Shown: one piece after another, positions 28,515 through 38,959 of the stretch
How positions within the stretch are numbered: the first letter of the stretch is position 1
Layout: the number at the start of each line of letters is the position of its first letter
Origin: an uncultured Holophagales bacterium
GTDB lineage: Bacteria; Acidobacteriota; Thermoanaerobaculia; Multivoradales; UBA5704
Direction of reading: 5' to 3'
Length of the DNA stretch: 64,000 bases
NCBI GenBank assembly: GCA_963842525.1
Contig: CAWJGT010000024.1
Location: 139,995 to 203,994 of the forward strand
The notes under the pieces: generated by a model
The model's database searches: none
What the model saw: the letters and a program-made list of their open reading frames with translations, nothing else
What the model was told of the DNA's origin: nothing
Program-made: the position numbers and the translations under genes

Positions 28515-29016
28515 CTTCCTCCGCCTGATCGAGGTCCTGGTCCGGCACGAGGTGGAGTTCATCGTCGTCGGCGGTGTCGCCGCGATCCTGGAAGGTGCAC
28601 CGATCCTTACCCTGGATCTCGATGTCCTCATCCGCCAGACTCCCGGAAATATCGAGCGCGTCGTCACGGCCCTGGCGGAGGTGCGCGCCCACTATCGCGA
28701 TCCGGCCGGCCGGATCATCCTTCCGGATGCTACCCGTCTCGCTGCCAACCGTCTCAACCTGTTCGTCACCGACCTCGGACCCTTCGATGTCCTCGTGAGC
28801 CTCGTCGGAGGGCTCGGGTACGACGACCTCGTCGGAAGGACCCGGACCCACGAGGTCTCCGGGCTCGCCGTGCAAGCGTTGACCCTCGATGCATTGATCG
28901 AGATCAAGGAGAGGACGGGCCGCGACAAGGACCGGGCTGTGCTACCGGTCCTCCGGCAGACTCTCGAAATGAAGAGATCGCTTTCTCCGCCTTCGGATGA
29001 GGAAAGCGTCACCTGA
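28492..29016 (+). CDS. Nucleotidyltransferase-superfamily protein (TA-like)
   Basis: FIVVGGVAAILEG...TLDLD; LIEIKERTGRDKD. Confidence 0.8.
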   Translation: MAEKPRTNFLRLIEVLVRHEVEFIVVGGVAAILEGAPILTLDLDVLIRQTPGNIERVVTALAEVRAHYRDPAGRIILPDATRLAANRLNLFVTDLGPFDVLVSLVGGLGYDDLVGRTRTHEVSGLAVQALTLDALIEIKERTGRDKDRAVLPVLRQTLEMKRSLSPPSDEESVT

Positions 29017-29025
29017 CGACACCCA

Positions 29026-29787
29026 CTACGCAAGCAGGGCCGCGAGCGCCGCCCCGCCGTTCACGAATGCGTTGCCGATGCCGTGCATCACGCCCACGAG
29101 CCAGACGTTGCGAGTCCTGTGGAAGATAAAAGCGAAGATCAGGCCGATGCCGAAGGTCGCGGCGAGGATCGCTGCCGTGGAAGACCAGGGCCGCGCCGCT
29201 GTAAAGTGATAGAAATGAAGGGGCCCGAAGGTGAATACAACGTTTGCCGCAAGGGGGCCCCAGGTTGAGCCGAGACGCCTCGTCAGCTCGGTCTGCAGGA
29301 TCCCGCGATAGTTGACTTCCTGGTAGAACCCCCAGAGAAGCTCCACGGCGACGATCCCCGCGGCAGCAAGCCATCCTCCCGGGAGTCTCTGGATCTGTCG
29401 GAAATGGAGAGCGACAAAGGCTCCCATTGCAAGGAGCACGACCTGGGCGAAGTAGAGCCGTTCGGTCGCAGTCCACTTGCGCCAGGCCAGGAAGCCTATG
29501 TCGCTGAAGCTTGCCTTCGCCCCGAGCCTGACGGCCAGAAGGGCTGTCGCCAGAAGGAGAGTCACCCTCAGCCCAGGGGGTGGGAGTGCGACACCGAGCC
29601 ATGACAACAGGCCGAACCTGGGTCCCATCACGAATTCGAGAATCAGAAACACGGCAAGAAGACGGAGGCCCGTCGCAGGCGAGTAGGCGGGTCGCTCGCT
29701 CCTCTCGAAGAGAAGGAAGTGGCCGCGAAGAAAGGGGCCTACTCGACGGGCCTGCGAGTCGTAAAAGAGCCCTGTGATCGTACTCAT
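29026..29787 (-). CDS. CPBP (Abi/CAAX) family intramembrane metalloprotease
   Basis: Multiple TM helices; YQEVNYRGILQ, FGPLH, GVMHGIGN. Confidence 0.8.
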   Translation of the reverse strand: MSTITGLFYDSQARRVGPFLRGHFLLFERSERPAYSPATGLRLLAVFLILEFVMGPRFGLLSWLGVALPPPGLRVTLLLATALLAVRLGAKASFSDIGFLAWRKWTATERLYFAQVVLLAMGAFVALHFRQIQRLPGGWLAAAGIVAVELLWGFYQEVNYRGILQTELTRRLGSTWGPLAANVVFTFGPLHFYHFTAARPWSSTAAILAATFGIGLIFAFIFHRTRNVWLVGVMHGIGNAFVNGGAALAALLA

Positions 29788-29871
29788 GATAGACGGGTCT
29801 CCCGGATCGGGTTTCCCGACCCTACGGAGGGAGATCGCCAGGGGTTTCGTGGGTCAGATCGGTCTACCGCA

Positions 29872-30900
29872 TCAGTCGCGGCCGATGTTTCCCCAGGTCC
29901 TGGCCTTCTTTCTGGGCTTGGCGCCCAGCAGCTCTTCGGACAGCGAGGGCGGATCGAACAGTTGGCAAGGTGGCAGTGTCTTCGGGTCGAGCCCCTTCAC
30001 TTGATCCCAGGTCTTGGCAGGGTCCGGACGCACCATGGCGAAATCGGTGTAGTTCTGGCTCACCACAGGCGCATTGGCCGGGGCGAAGGGATAGCCCGAA
30101 AAATAGAAGGATTGCGGATGCCGGTAGGGTGGGGCCGACGGCTGCGCGCTGTCGGGCCGGGGAGTGCTCTCGAAGGCGTAGCCGAACATGATCCCGCCAT
30201 TGTCGGTCTGGTCCGGGAATACGCCGGTCTGCATCGGCTTGCCGGTCGCATTGTCGATCCAGAACGAGTAGCCCTGCACTGTACCGTTCAGGCGCGAGGA
30301 GTCCCCCAGGCTGTAGGGCAGGTGCTTGATGAAGTCGCGCTTCGGCGGGCTGTTGTCCGGCGAGAACAGGCAGACCGGCGGCATGTCCTTGGGCCGGTCT
30401 TCGGGGTAGGTGACGAAATAGGCCGTCTTGCCGAGCGAGATAAACGAGCAGGTGAAGTTGTTCGGGATCGGGAAGATCGGCAGGCAACGCTTGACGTAGT
30501 GCTCCTCCATCGCGCCCTGGCCGTTGCCCCAGGTGGAGTCGTAGTAGCTCACGCCGTCCGAGGTCTCGTAATCCTTGCCATCGACCAGGTCGGCCGGCGG
30601 CTTGCCGTCGTAGGGCGGCGGGTACGATTGGAAGCGGTTGAACACCCGGTACATCTTCCAGTGCGAGGTCCAGTATTCCGGGTACTCGGGATCGCTCGGC
30701 ATCCCGGGCGCCCGTTCATAGGTGCAGGTCCTCGGGTCGGCGCACTCCCCGGAGTGGGAATCGTTGTGCACGCCGTAGGTGGCGTAGACGTCGTCAGGCA
30801 CCTCGGCGGCGGGCTTGCCGGCCGTGCTCGCGCAGGCGGCACCGCCGAGCGCCAGGGCCGCGATCAGGTTCAGAGCGTAGAAGCGACGGTTGCGGGTCAT
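29872..30900 (-). CDS. Secreted/lipoprotein of unknown function, possible VioE/LolA-like fold
   Basis: MTRNRRFYALNLIAALALGGAAC signal; ATGA-coupled to the ferritin-like gene; PEYPEYWTSHWKMY...TSDGVSYYD pattern. Confidence 0.7.
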   Translation of the reverse strand: MTRNRRFYALNLIAALALGGAACASTAGKPAAEVPDDVYATYGVHNDSHSGECADPRTCTYERAPGMPSDPEYPEYWTSHWKMYRVFNRFQSYPPPYDGKPPADLVDGKDYETSDGVSYYDSTWGNGQGAMEEHYVKRCLPIFPIPNNFTCSFISLGKTAYFVTYPEDRPKDMPPVCLFSPDNSPPKRDFIKHLPYSLGDSSRLNGTVQGYSFWIDNATGKPMQTGVFPDQTDNGGIMFGYAFESTPRPDSAQPSAPPYRHPQSFYFSGYPFAPANAPVVSQNYTDFAMVRPDPAKTWDQVKGLDPKTLPPCQLFDPPSLSEELLGAKPRKKARTWGNIGRD

Positions 30901-31976
30901 CGGCAAGCTCCGGTCGTCGGGTTTTCGGCTGTGGTCGGCTGCCAGCGGAAGCAGAGGCCGGTGGCCATGTCGGGGTTGTCCGGCAGGGGAGTGGACAGCA
31001 CGTCCTGAGCCGCCAGCCTGAGCTGGTACATAAGGCCCATGGCGTCCCGGATCGCCTCGGGCTCGCCGTTGAAGGTCCGGTGCAGGGCGTTCAGCAGGCC
31101 GGTGTAGCCGTAGGCGAACTGCACCGAAGCCCGCCGCGCGCGCGAGTTTTCCGGCAGGGTGTCCGGATTGCCGTTGGGCTGCATGTTCCAGACGTTGCGC
31201 TCGTCGATCCGCACCGGGGCGCCGCCGAACACGAAGCCGCCGGTGACGGGGTCGCGCACCAGCCGCTTGCCGACCACGATCTGTTCGAACCGGTAGTAGT
31301 GAGCCGGCTCTTCCTCGGGGTCGAGCGGCGAGGTCGGGGTGCCCTCGCCCTGCTCGACGATCAGCTCGATGGCGGCCGAGGCGCTCTCCGGGCCGGTGAT
31401 CCGGAAAAGCTGGTCCGGCGGGAACCAGGTGGTGTCGACCATCTCCTGGCAGAAGTCGCCCTGGAACGCGGGCTGGCCCATCTCCTGGAGCTTCTTGTCG
31501 AGCGCCGCGTAGAACTCGCCGATGGTGTGAAACTCCGGTCCCGTGCCCTCGGCGGTCGCCTGCAGCCGGACCGGGATATGGATCGGGTTTTCCGGCTCTT
31601 CGATCACCATGAAGACGTTCTTTACCAGGTCGACCGAACACTTCTCGATCGGCACAATCAGGCCGTCGCCGATATTCATCGGCAGCGGGCCCGGGTATTT
31701 GGGCACGAAGCCCGGGCGGTTGATCTGGGGGCTGCCGCCGAGCGCGATCATCAGGTTGGAGGCGATCGACATATGGAGCATCTCCTGCATCGCGACGCTC
31801 CGGATGATGTCGGCCACCATGTCGTTCGTGCCGAGCTTCAGGCTGAAATAGGCGGCCAGGTACGGCGGAATGGTCGCGTGTTCGAGCTCGATGGCCTTCT
31901 GCACCAGCCAGTGGAGGTCGCCGGGCTCCTGGGCCGCCTGGATGGCGGTGATGTATTGGGGGTCGATCTTCAGCAT
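30897..31976 (-). CDS. Ferritin-like domain protein (VioB/RebD C-terminal type)
   Basis: AIELEHATIPPYL, QEMLHM, FMVIEEPE, TIGEFY, IVEQGEG, AHYYRF. Confidence 0.85.
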   Translation of the reverse strand: MLKIDPQYITAIQAAQEPGDLHWLVQKAIELEHATIPPYLAAYFSLKLGTNDMVADIIRSVAMQEMLHMSIASNLMIALGGSPQINRPGFVPKYPGPLPMNIGDGLIVPIEKCSVDLVKNVFMVIEEPENPIHIPVRLQATAEGTGPEFHTIGEFYAALDKKLQEMGQPAFQGDFCQEMVDTTWFPPDQLFRITGPESASAAIELIVEQGEGTPTSPLDPEEEPAHYYRFEQIVVGKRLVRDPVTGGFVFGGAPVRIDERNVWNMQPNGNPDTLPENSRARRASVQFAYGYTGLLNALHRTFNGEPEAIRDAMGLMYQLRLAAQDVLSTPLPDNPDMATGLCFRWQPTTAENPTTGACR

Positions 31977-31991
31977 GGGATTTCTCCGGCC

Positions 31992-34091
31992 TCAGGCGTC
32001 GGTGCCCGGCGCGTTCTCCAGGAAGCTGCGCAGCGCGGCGGTCTTGCCGTCGTTGCCCGGGCCGAGCCGGGCGATCGCCGCCTGGGCCGCGCCGGTGCTG
32101 AGGCGCGTGGGAGCGGCCACGCCCACCACTGTCTCGTCCGCGGCCGCGCGGGCGGCGCCCTCCGGCAGACCGGGGTAGTGCCTGCGGTCGATGGCGGCCT
32201 CGGGCAGGTAGCCCTCCAGCCAGCGCAGGATCGCCGTGATCTTGCCCGCCGACAGGTCGCGGGTGGCGGGCATGTAGTTCGGGTCCTCGATCGGCTTGGT
32301 GAAGGCCAGGTGCAGCAGCCGCGCGTTGGCCGCGATCACCAGCGGGTCGGAGAAGCTGAACAGCCCCCGGCTCATCACCGGATAGAGGTTGCCGTACTGA
32401 ATCAGGATCGGCCCGACGTCGTCCGCCCAACTCGGCGTGAGCGGCGGCACGTATGCCTCGCGCGCGTGCACGGCGATGACCTCGACGAGCGGCATGGGCG
32501 ACTGGCCGGTCAGCGCCAGCGAATAGCTGATGTTATAGATCTGCCCGTCGATGTAGCCGCGCGGATTGCCCGGGTTCTCGACCTGGATGTCGAGGACCCC
32601 GATGCCGTCGTCGCCGGCATTGAGCGAAACGGGAACCGACACCTTGTCGGGCGGCACATTGACCAGCGGAATTACCGTCTGCGGCGGCCTGACCTCCTGG
32701 TCGTCGTCGGTGCCTCCCTGGCCCGCCTGGGGCGGTTGCAGCGAGGCCTGGAGCGGCGCGTCCGCCCACGGCTTCCCCCAGCGCATGGCCCACAGGCTCA
32801 CGGGGGCTGAAACCCAGCCGGCCTCGGCCGTGTCCACCCGTTGCACGAACTGGTCGGCGCGCACCCAGGCGCCGGCCACGGTCTCGCGGATGCCGATCGT
32901 GACCGGGCTCGGGTCGGAGCCGATCAGGACCGCGAGCGGGTGTTCGCCGATCAGGGCGGCCGCGGCGGCCGGGATCGGCAGGTCGGCGATCCCGCCGGTC
33001 GCCTGGAGCCAGGCCATGTCGTAGCCCTGGACCACACCGACCACCTCGCACTGGTCCGGCGCCAGGGCGTCCCCGTCCGAGAGGCAAGGGGCGGTCACCA
33101 ACCCGGATTCCGTGCTCGCGAACGGGTCCTCGCCCTTGAGCACCACGACGGTCAGCGGGCCCATGTCCTGAAGCGCCAGATAGGGTGCCTGGCCGGGCTG
33201 CAGGTTTTGATCGACCAGCCACATCGGGATGGAGTTGCCGAGGTCCAGGCTGAAGGTCGCGCCGTCCTGCGAAACGGCGCCGGTCATGTAGCCGAGCCCG
33301 GAGGCCGAGGCGAAGGGCAGGTTGGGGCTGGTGGCCGCGGGCGCGAACCGGCGGCCGGGCGCGAACATCTCCGGGTCGCCGGGCAGCCAGGGTCCGATCG
33401 AGCCGACCACCGAGCCCACCAGGTAAGCATTGGCCTTGGGCGTCTTGGAATAGCCGTAGGTGAGCAGGCTCATCGTCAGCCTGCCGCCGCAGCCCTCCGC
33501 CGCAGCCTTGAGGGCGCCGACCCCGGTCATGCCCTCGGTGTCCGGCCCCCAGGCGAGGTCGGTCAGGGTGCCGGTGAAACGGGCCGAGGCGCCGGGGCTG
33601 CCGCCCAGGGCCTTGCCCGTGCTCTGGAGGATCACCCGTCCGAAATAGATGTCGCGGAAGCAGGCAGGCTGCAGGGTCGCGGACAGCAGCGCGACGTCGT
33701 CGAGCATCAGCGACAGCCGCATGCCCCAGAGGCCCGAGGCGAACTGGAACTGCGGATCGAGGTCGACGATCTTGGCCTGAGTCCGGCCCTGCTGGGCCTC
33801 GATGCGCAGGGACAGCGCCGGGTCCGGGTCGCCGGCTCGGGCCGCGCTGCCATCGCCGGTCGAGCCGGCCGCGCCGGTGACCCTGCACTCCATCAGGCGG
33901 AAGGCGTTGGAGCCGTCCGGATTCCACCAGCCGTTGTACTCGGTCCGGCCGTCCGGCTCCGTCACTTGGGGCTTCTGGAAGCGCGCCTCGAAGACGTTGG
34001 AGTCATAGTTCCGGACATCGTTGTTGACCGTGTTGACATCGGCCTCGAAGAAGCCTGCGAACGTCACGCGCGGCAGATTCAGGTAGCTCAT
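31992..34091 (-). CDS. Large protein resembling the N-terminal region of VioB/RebD/StaD
   Basis: MSYLNLPRVTFAGFFEADVNTVNND; C-terminal YGNLYPVM...YMPATRDLS..K...IL.WL; GGGGGA SD. Confidence 0.72.
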   Translation of the reverse strand: MSYLNLPRVTFAGFFEADVNTVNNDVRNYDSNVFEARFQKPQVTEPDGRTEYNGWWNPDGSNAFRLMECRVTGAAGSTGDGSAARAGDPDPALSLRIEAQQGRTQAKIVDLDPQFQFASGLWGMRLSLMLDDVALLSATLQPACFRDIYFGRVILQSTGKALGGSPGASARFTGTLTDLAWGPDTEGMTGVGALKAAAEGCGGRLTMSLLTYGYSKTPKANAYLVGSVVGSIGPWLPGDPEMFAPGRRFAPAATSPNLPFASASGLGYMTGAVSQDGATFSLDLGNSIPMWLVDQNLQPGQAPYLALQDMGPLTVVVLKGEDPFASTESGLVTAPCLSDGDALAPDQCEVVGVVQGYDMAWLQATGGIADLPIPAAAAALIGEHPLAVLIGSDPSPVTIGIRETVAGAWVRADQFVQRVDTAEAGWVSAPVSLWAMRWGKPWADAPLQASLQPPQAGQGGTDDDQEVRPPQTVIPLVNVPPDKVSVPVSLNAGDDGIGVLDIQVENPGNPRGYIDGQIYNISYSLALTGQSPMPLVEVIAVHAREAYVPPLTPSWADDVGPILIQYGNLYPVMSRGLFSFSDPLVIAANARLLHLAFTKPIEDPNYMPATRDLSAGKITAILRWLEGYLPEAAIDRRHYPGLPEGAARAAADETVVGVAAPTRLSTGAAQAAIARLGPGNDGKTAALRSFLENAPGTDA

Positions 34092-34271
34092 CCGTCCCCC
34101 TGCATTCCTCGTGTCGCTGAAGTGAGGATCGTAGCCTCGTCGACAGGAGGTGTCAAAGGTGTCAAAGGACGGGGAGCAGCGGCCGGCGACCCCATCGGCT
34201 ACAATAGCCGGCTCTGTCGCAGCGGCGCCGTGGCGGTCTCCGCCCGGCTCCCGCCTCAACGAGGTTCCCGA

Positions 34272-37200
34272 ATGAGCGATTCGCGATTTCCCGACGTGCC
34301 GGGCGGCTATCCCTTCCCCTCCCTGGAGCTCCAGGTGCTGGAGGAGTGGCAGCGCGAGCACATCTTCGAGCGGAGCCTGGAGAAGCCGGCGCCCAAGGGC
34401 GAGTTCGTCTTCTTCGAGGGGCCGCCTACGGCCAACAACGTGCCGCATGTGGGCCATGTGGTCACCCGCGTCATCAAGGACCTGTTCCCCCGCTTCCGTA
34501 CGATGCGCGGCTACCATGTGGCCCGCAAGGCGGGGTGGGACACGCATGGCCTCGCCGTCGAGATCGAGGTCGAGAAGCGCCTCGGCTTCTCCGGCAAGCA
34601 GCAGATCGAAGAGTACGGCATCGAGAAGTTCAACCAGGCCTGCCTGGAGAGCGTCCGCACCTACGAGCAGCAGTGGCGCGCCATGACCGAACGGGTCGGC
34701 TACTGGCTCGACCTCGACCGCGCCTACTGGACCTACTCCAACACCTACATCGAGTCGGTCTGGTGGTCGCTCGCCGAGCTGTGGAAGAAGGGGCTCCTGG
34801 GCGAGGGGTACAAGATCCAGCCCTACTGCGGACGCTGCGGCACCACCCTGTCGAGCCACGAGGTCGCCCAGAACTACAAGGACGCGGACGATCCGTCGAT
34901 CTGGACGCTGTTTCATGCCCGCCCCGGTCAGACCCTGAAGACCCTGGAGGGTGAGACCTGGGAGGTCGGCCCACAGCTCGAGCTGGTCGCCTGGACCACG
35001 ACGCCCTGGACCACCCTGGCCAATGTGGGCCTGGCCGTCCATCCCGACCAGATCTACCGGGTGATCGACCATCCGGCACATCTGGCCGCACCGGGTGCGC
35101 AGATCCTGCTCGGCGACGAGCTGTCCGTCCCCGTCCCTCTGGTGATCGAGGAGGAGGGCAAGCGGAAGCAGATCGACCTGCGCGAGCAGCCGGCCCTGGT
35201 CCGCTTCCGCGGCCGGGACCTCGAGAACCTCCTCTACGACCGGCTCTTCACCTTCTTCGCGCCCGACGAGCCCGGCCGGGTGGTGCTCGGCGAGTACGTG
35301 ACGACGACGGACGGCACCGGCCTGGTCCACACCGCGCCGCCGTTCGGCGAGGACGACTACCAGACCGGCCGGCGCTATGGCCTGCCGCTGCTCCTGACCG
35401 TCGATACCGCCGGCCGCATCGCGCCCGGCGCCGGCCCCTTCGCCGGGATGTGGTTCAAGGACGCCGACCCCGAGATCACCAAGGACCTGAAGAGCCGCGG
35501 GCGCATGCTCCACGTGGACCGCTACCGCCACAGCTATCCGTTCTGCTGGCGGTGCGACCGGCCGCTCCTCTATTACGCCACCACGAGCTGGTTCATCTGG
35601 ACCACGCAGCAGAAGGAAAAGCTGATCGCCAAGAACCGGGAGGTCCACTGGCACCCGGAGCACATCGGGGAGGGCCGGTTCGGCAACTGGCTGGAAAACG
35701 TGGTCGATTGGGCCCTGTCGCGCAAGCGCTATTGGGGGACGCCGCTGCCGATCTGGCGCTGCGACGCCTGCCCGCACACCACCGTGGTGGGCTCCTATGC
35801 CGAGCTGTTCGCCGCCGCCGGCCGCGAGCTGCCCGCGGACCCGTACGATCCGCAGCAATTCAATCCGCACCGGCCATACATCGACCAGGTCACCTGGGAC
35901 TGCAAGGAGTGTGGCAAGGGCACGATGCGCCGGGTCGAGGAGGTCATCGACGCCTGGTTCGACTCGGGCGCCATGCCCTTCGCGCAGCACCACTATCCGT
36001 TCGAGAACCGCGACCTGATCGACGGGCGGCGCCAGTTCCCCGCCGATTACATCTCCGAGGCGGTGGACCAGACGCGCGGCTGGTTCTACACCCTGCACGT
36101 GCTGGGCGCGCTGCTCTTCGATTCAGTGACATATAAAAACTGCATCGTCCTCGGCCATATCAACGACGAGCAGGGGCGCAAGATGTCGAAGCGCCTCGGC
36201 AACGTGGTCGATCCCATGCAGGTCATCCCCGAAACGGGCGCCGATGCCCTGCGCTGGTACTTCTGCATCAACAACCCGACGCAGACGTCACGCTTTTCGG
36301 CCCGGCTGGTGCGCGAGGCTGCACAACGGTTCCTGCTGCCGCTCTGGAACGCGCTCTCGTTCTTCACGATCTACGCGAACCTGGACGGCTGGCGGCCTGC
36401 GGGTCCGACCGCGCCTCTCGACTTCGCAAAGCGGCCGGCGCTCGACCGCTGGATCCTCCTCCGCCTCGACCGTCTGGCCGCGGAGATGACGCTCAACCTC
36501 GACACCTATGAGCCGACCGGGGCTGCGCGGGTGATCGAGGAATTCCTGGACGACCTGACGAACTGGTACATCCGCCGCAGCCGTTCCCGCTTCTGGGCAC
36601 CGGACGGGCAGGAGGATCATGCGGACAAGGAGAGCGCCTACCGCGCCCTCTACGAGGTGCTGACGACCGTGGCGCGGCTGATCGCACCGTTCACGCCGTT
36701 CGTGGCCGACGTCCTGCACCGCCATCTCGTGCGCAGCCAGGACCCGGCCGCCGCGGCGAGCGTCCATCTGGAGAGCTGGCCCGAGCCTGCCACATCGCAA
36801 ACATCCAGGAAGGACGAGCCGCTGGAGAAGGGGATGGCGGCGATCCAGCGCATCGTCCGGCTGGGGCACGCCGCGCGCAACCTGCATGGTCTCAAGACCC
36901 GGCAGCCGCTCGCCGCGGTCACCCTGGTGACGGCCGACGTGGCGCTTCCCGGCCTGGTGATGCCCTACGCCGACCTGCTCAAGGACGAGCTCAACGTGCG
37001 CGAGATCCGGTGGGCGGAGGACCGCACGCAGTACGTCCATCACGAAGTGCGGCCGGTCTTCCCGAAGACCGGGCCCCGTTTCGGAAAGCAAATGCCGGAG
37101 GTCAAGCGCGCGCTCGAATCCGCGGACGGCGATGCCCTTGCCGCCGAGCTGGAGCGCTGCGGGGAAGCTCACCATCCAGCTCGCGGACGGTCCGGCCGAG

Positions 37201-37571
37201 CTGTCATCCGAAGAGGTCGAGGTGCGGCTGGTCGAGCACGAGGGGACCGCCACGCAGGGGGACCGCGAGCTGCTGGTGGCGCTCGACACCCATGTCACGC
37301 CGGATCTGATCGCCGAGGGGTGGGCGCGCGAGGTCGTGCACCGCTTGCAGACTGCGCGCAAAGAGGCCGACCTCGACTACGCGGACCGCATCAAGGTCGT
37401 CTATGCTGCCGCGCCCGAGCTGGAGCAGGCGATCGACGCCCATCGGGCCTGGATTGCCGGCGAGACCCTGGCGCTCGAGCTGGCGCCCCGCCGGGATGGG
37501 GATGCCGCGCCTCGCTCCAGGATGCGCCGGTCGAGGAGCTGCCGTTCGCCTTCGCCATCGAAAGAGCCTAG
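34272..37571 (+). CDS. ileS: Isoleucine--tRNA ligase, type 2 (compensating frameshifts near 37160 and 37510)
   Basis: FFEGPPTANNVPHVGH, GWDTHGL, WTTTPWT, GTGLVH, DWALSRKRYWG, DQTRGWFY, KMSKR. Confidence 0.93.
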   Translation: MSDSRFPDVPGGYPFPSLELQVLEEWQREHIFERSLEKPAPKGEFVFFEGPPTANNVPHVGHVVTRVIKDLFPRFRTMRGYHVARKAGWDTHGLAVEIEVEKRLGFSGKQQIEEYGIEKFNQACLESVRTYEQQWRAMTERVGYWLDLDRAYWTYSNTYIESVWWSLAELWKKGLLGEGYKIQPYCGRCGTTLSSHEVAQNYKDADDPSIWTLFHARPGQTLKTLEGETWEVGPQLELVAWTTTPWTTLANVGLAVHPDQIYRVIDHPAHLAAPGAQILLGDELSVPVPLVIEEEGKRKQIDLREQPALVRFRGRDLENLLYDRLFTFFAPDEPGRVVLGEYVTTTDGTGLVHTAPPFGEDDYQTGRRYGLPLLLTVDTAGRIAPGAGPFAGMWFKDADPEITKDLKSRGRMLHVDRYRHSYPFCWRCDRPLLYYATTSWFIWTTQQKEKLIAKNREVHWHPEHIGEGRFGNWLENVVDWALSRKRYWGTPLPIWRCDACPHTTVVGSYAELFAAAGRELPADPYDPQQFNPHRPYIDQVTWDCKECGKGTMRRVEEVIDAWFDSGAMPFAQHHYPFENRDLIDGRRQFPADYISEAVDQTRGWFYTLHVLGALLFDSVTYKNCIVLGHINDEQGRKMSKRLGNVVDPMQVIPETGADALRWYFCINNPTQTSRFSARLVREAAQRFLLPLWNALSFFTIYANLDGWRPAGPTAPLDFAKRPALDRWILLRLDRLAAEMTLNLDTYEPTGAARVIEEFLDDLTNWYIRRSRSRFWAPDGQEDHADKESAYRALYEVLTTVARLIAPFTPFVADVLHRHLVRSQDPAAAASVHLESWPEPATSQTSRKDEPLEKGMAAIQRIVRLGHAARNLHGLKTRQPLAAVTLVTADVALPGLVMPYADLLKDELNVREIRWAEDRTQYVHHEVRPVFPKTGPRFGKQMPEVKRALESADGDALAAELERCGEAHHPARGRSGRAVIRRGRGAAGRARGDRHAGGPRAAGGARHPCHAGSDRRGVGARGRAPLADCAQRGRPRLRGPHQGRLCCRARAGAGDRRPSGLDCRRDPGARAGAPPGWGCRASLQDAPVEELPFAFAIERA

Positions 37572-37586
37572 AACAGGGGATAGAAC

Positions 37587-38941
37587 ATGGCCGGAATCTT
37601 CAAAGCCTACGACGTGCGGGGAATCGTTCCCACCCAGGTCAACGAGGACATCGCGCGGCAGATCGGCCTCGCGTTCCACAACGTGCTGGACGAGGAGGAC
37701 AAGGCGAACGGGAACACGGTGGTGGTGAGCCGCGACATGCGCTCGCACAGCGAGGGGCTCGCCAAGGCGCTGATTGAGGGGCTCACCGCTTCCGGCCTCG
37801 ACGTGCTCGACATCGGGATGGTGACGACGCCGACGAATTATTTCGCCGTCGGCCACACCAAGGCGGCCGGAGGCGTCCAGGTCACGGCGAGCCACAACCC
37901 GGCGGAGTACAACGGCTTCAAGTTCAGCCGCCACGGGGCGCGTCCGGTCTCGGGCGACCACGGCATTCCGCTGATCGAGGAGAAGGTCCGCTCCGGCGAC
38001 CTGCCGGTGGCCGAGAAGCCCGGCACGGTGACCCAGGGCGACATCTTCGAGGACTACGAGCGGCACGTCCTCTCCTTCCTGCGCAACGCGGCGAGCCGCC
38101 GCCTCAAGGTGGCGGTCGACGCCGCCAACGGCATGGGTACCCTTTACAAGCCGATCCTAGAAAAGATGGGAATCGATCTGATCCCCATGTATTTCGAGCT
38201 GGACGGCACCTTCCCGAACCACGAAGCCAATCCGCTCAAGGAGGAAAACCTTCACGATCTGATGCGGCTGGTGAAGGAGAGCGGCGCCGATCTCGGAGTG
38301 GCCTTCGACGGCGACGCCGACCGCGCGGCCTTCGTGGACGAGCAGGGCACGCCGATCGGGAGCGACCTGATGACCGCGCTCATCGGCGGCGAGCTGCTGT
38401 CGCGCGAGCCGGGCAAGGCGGTGCTCTTCGACCTGCGCTCGTCGCGGGCGGTGGCCGAATACATCGAGGAGAAGGGAGGCATCCCGGTCCGCGAGCGGGT
38501 GGGCCATTCCTTCATGAAGGCGACGCTGCGCAAGCGGGACGGCATCTTCGGCGGCGAGCTGGCCGGCCACTACTACTTCCGCGACGCCTTCCATGCCGAT
38601 TCGGCGAGCCTGGCCGTGGTGGAGGTCCTGAACGTTCTGCGCGAGACCGGCAAGAGCCTCTCCGAGCTGATCCAGCCCCTGCGGCGCTATGCCAAGAGCC
38701 CGGAGATCAACTTCGTGGTCGAGGACAAACAGGGAAAGATCGACGGCTCGCCCGGCGCTATGCGGACGCACAGATCGACTATCTGGACGGCATCACTATC
38801 CAGTACCCGGACTGGTGGGCCAACGTGCGCCCGTCGAACACCGAGCCCTACCTCCGTCTCGTGCTCGAAGCCCGTACACCCGAGGAGCTGGAGCGCCGCG
38901 AGCGTGAGCTGATCGAGATCCTGGGCGAGCCGGCCGAGTAG
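37587..38941 (+). CDS. Phosphomannomutase/phosphoglucomutase (frameshift near 38745)
   Basis: FKAYDVRG, TASHNP, FDGDADR, GGELAGH; C-terminal NVRPSNTEPYLRL in the shifted frame. Confidence 0.88.
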
Positions 38942-38959
38942 ACCTCGGTGTTTTCAGGC

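Noticed and set aside
31992-36098. Long ORFs 31992-36098 (-), 32841-37571 (+), 46276-48540 (-), 91-2304 (-) and similar at full length
   Set aside because: Antisense shadow ORFs or upstream extensions typical of high-GC DNA. The real starts are 34091 and 34272.
37130-37571. Programmed frameshifting or pseudogenisation of ileS (also gcvP, the phosphohexomutase, slt and paralog 3)
   Set aside because: Scattered single-base shifts, often compensating and in conserved genes, with no slippery-site pattern. Sequencing indels explain them best.
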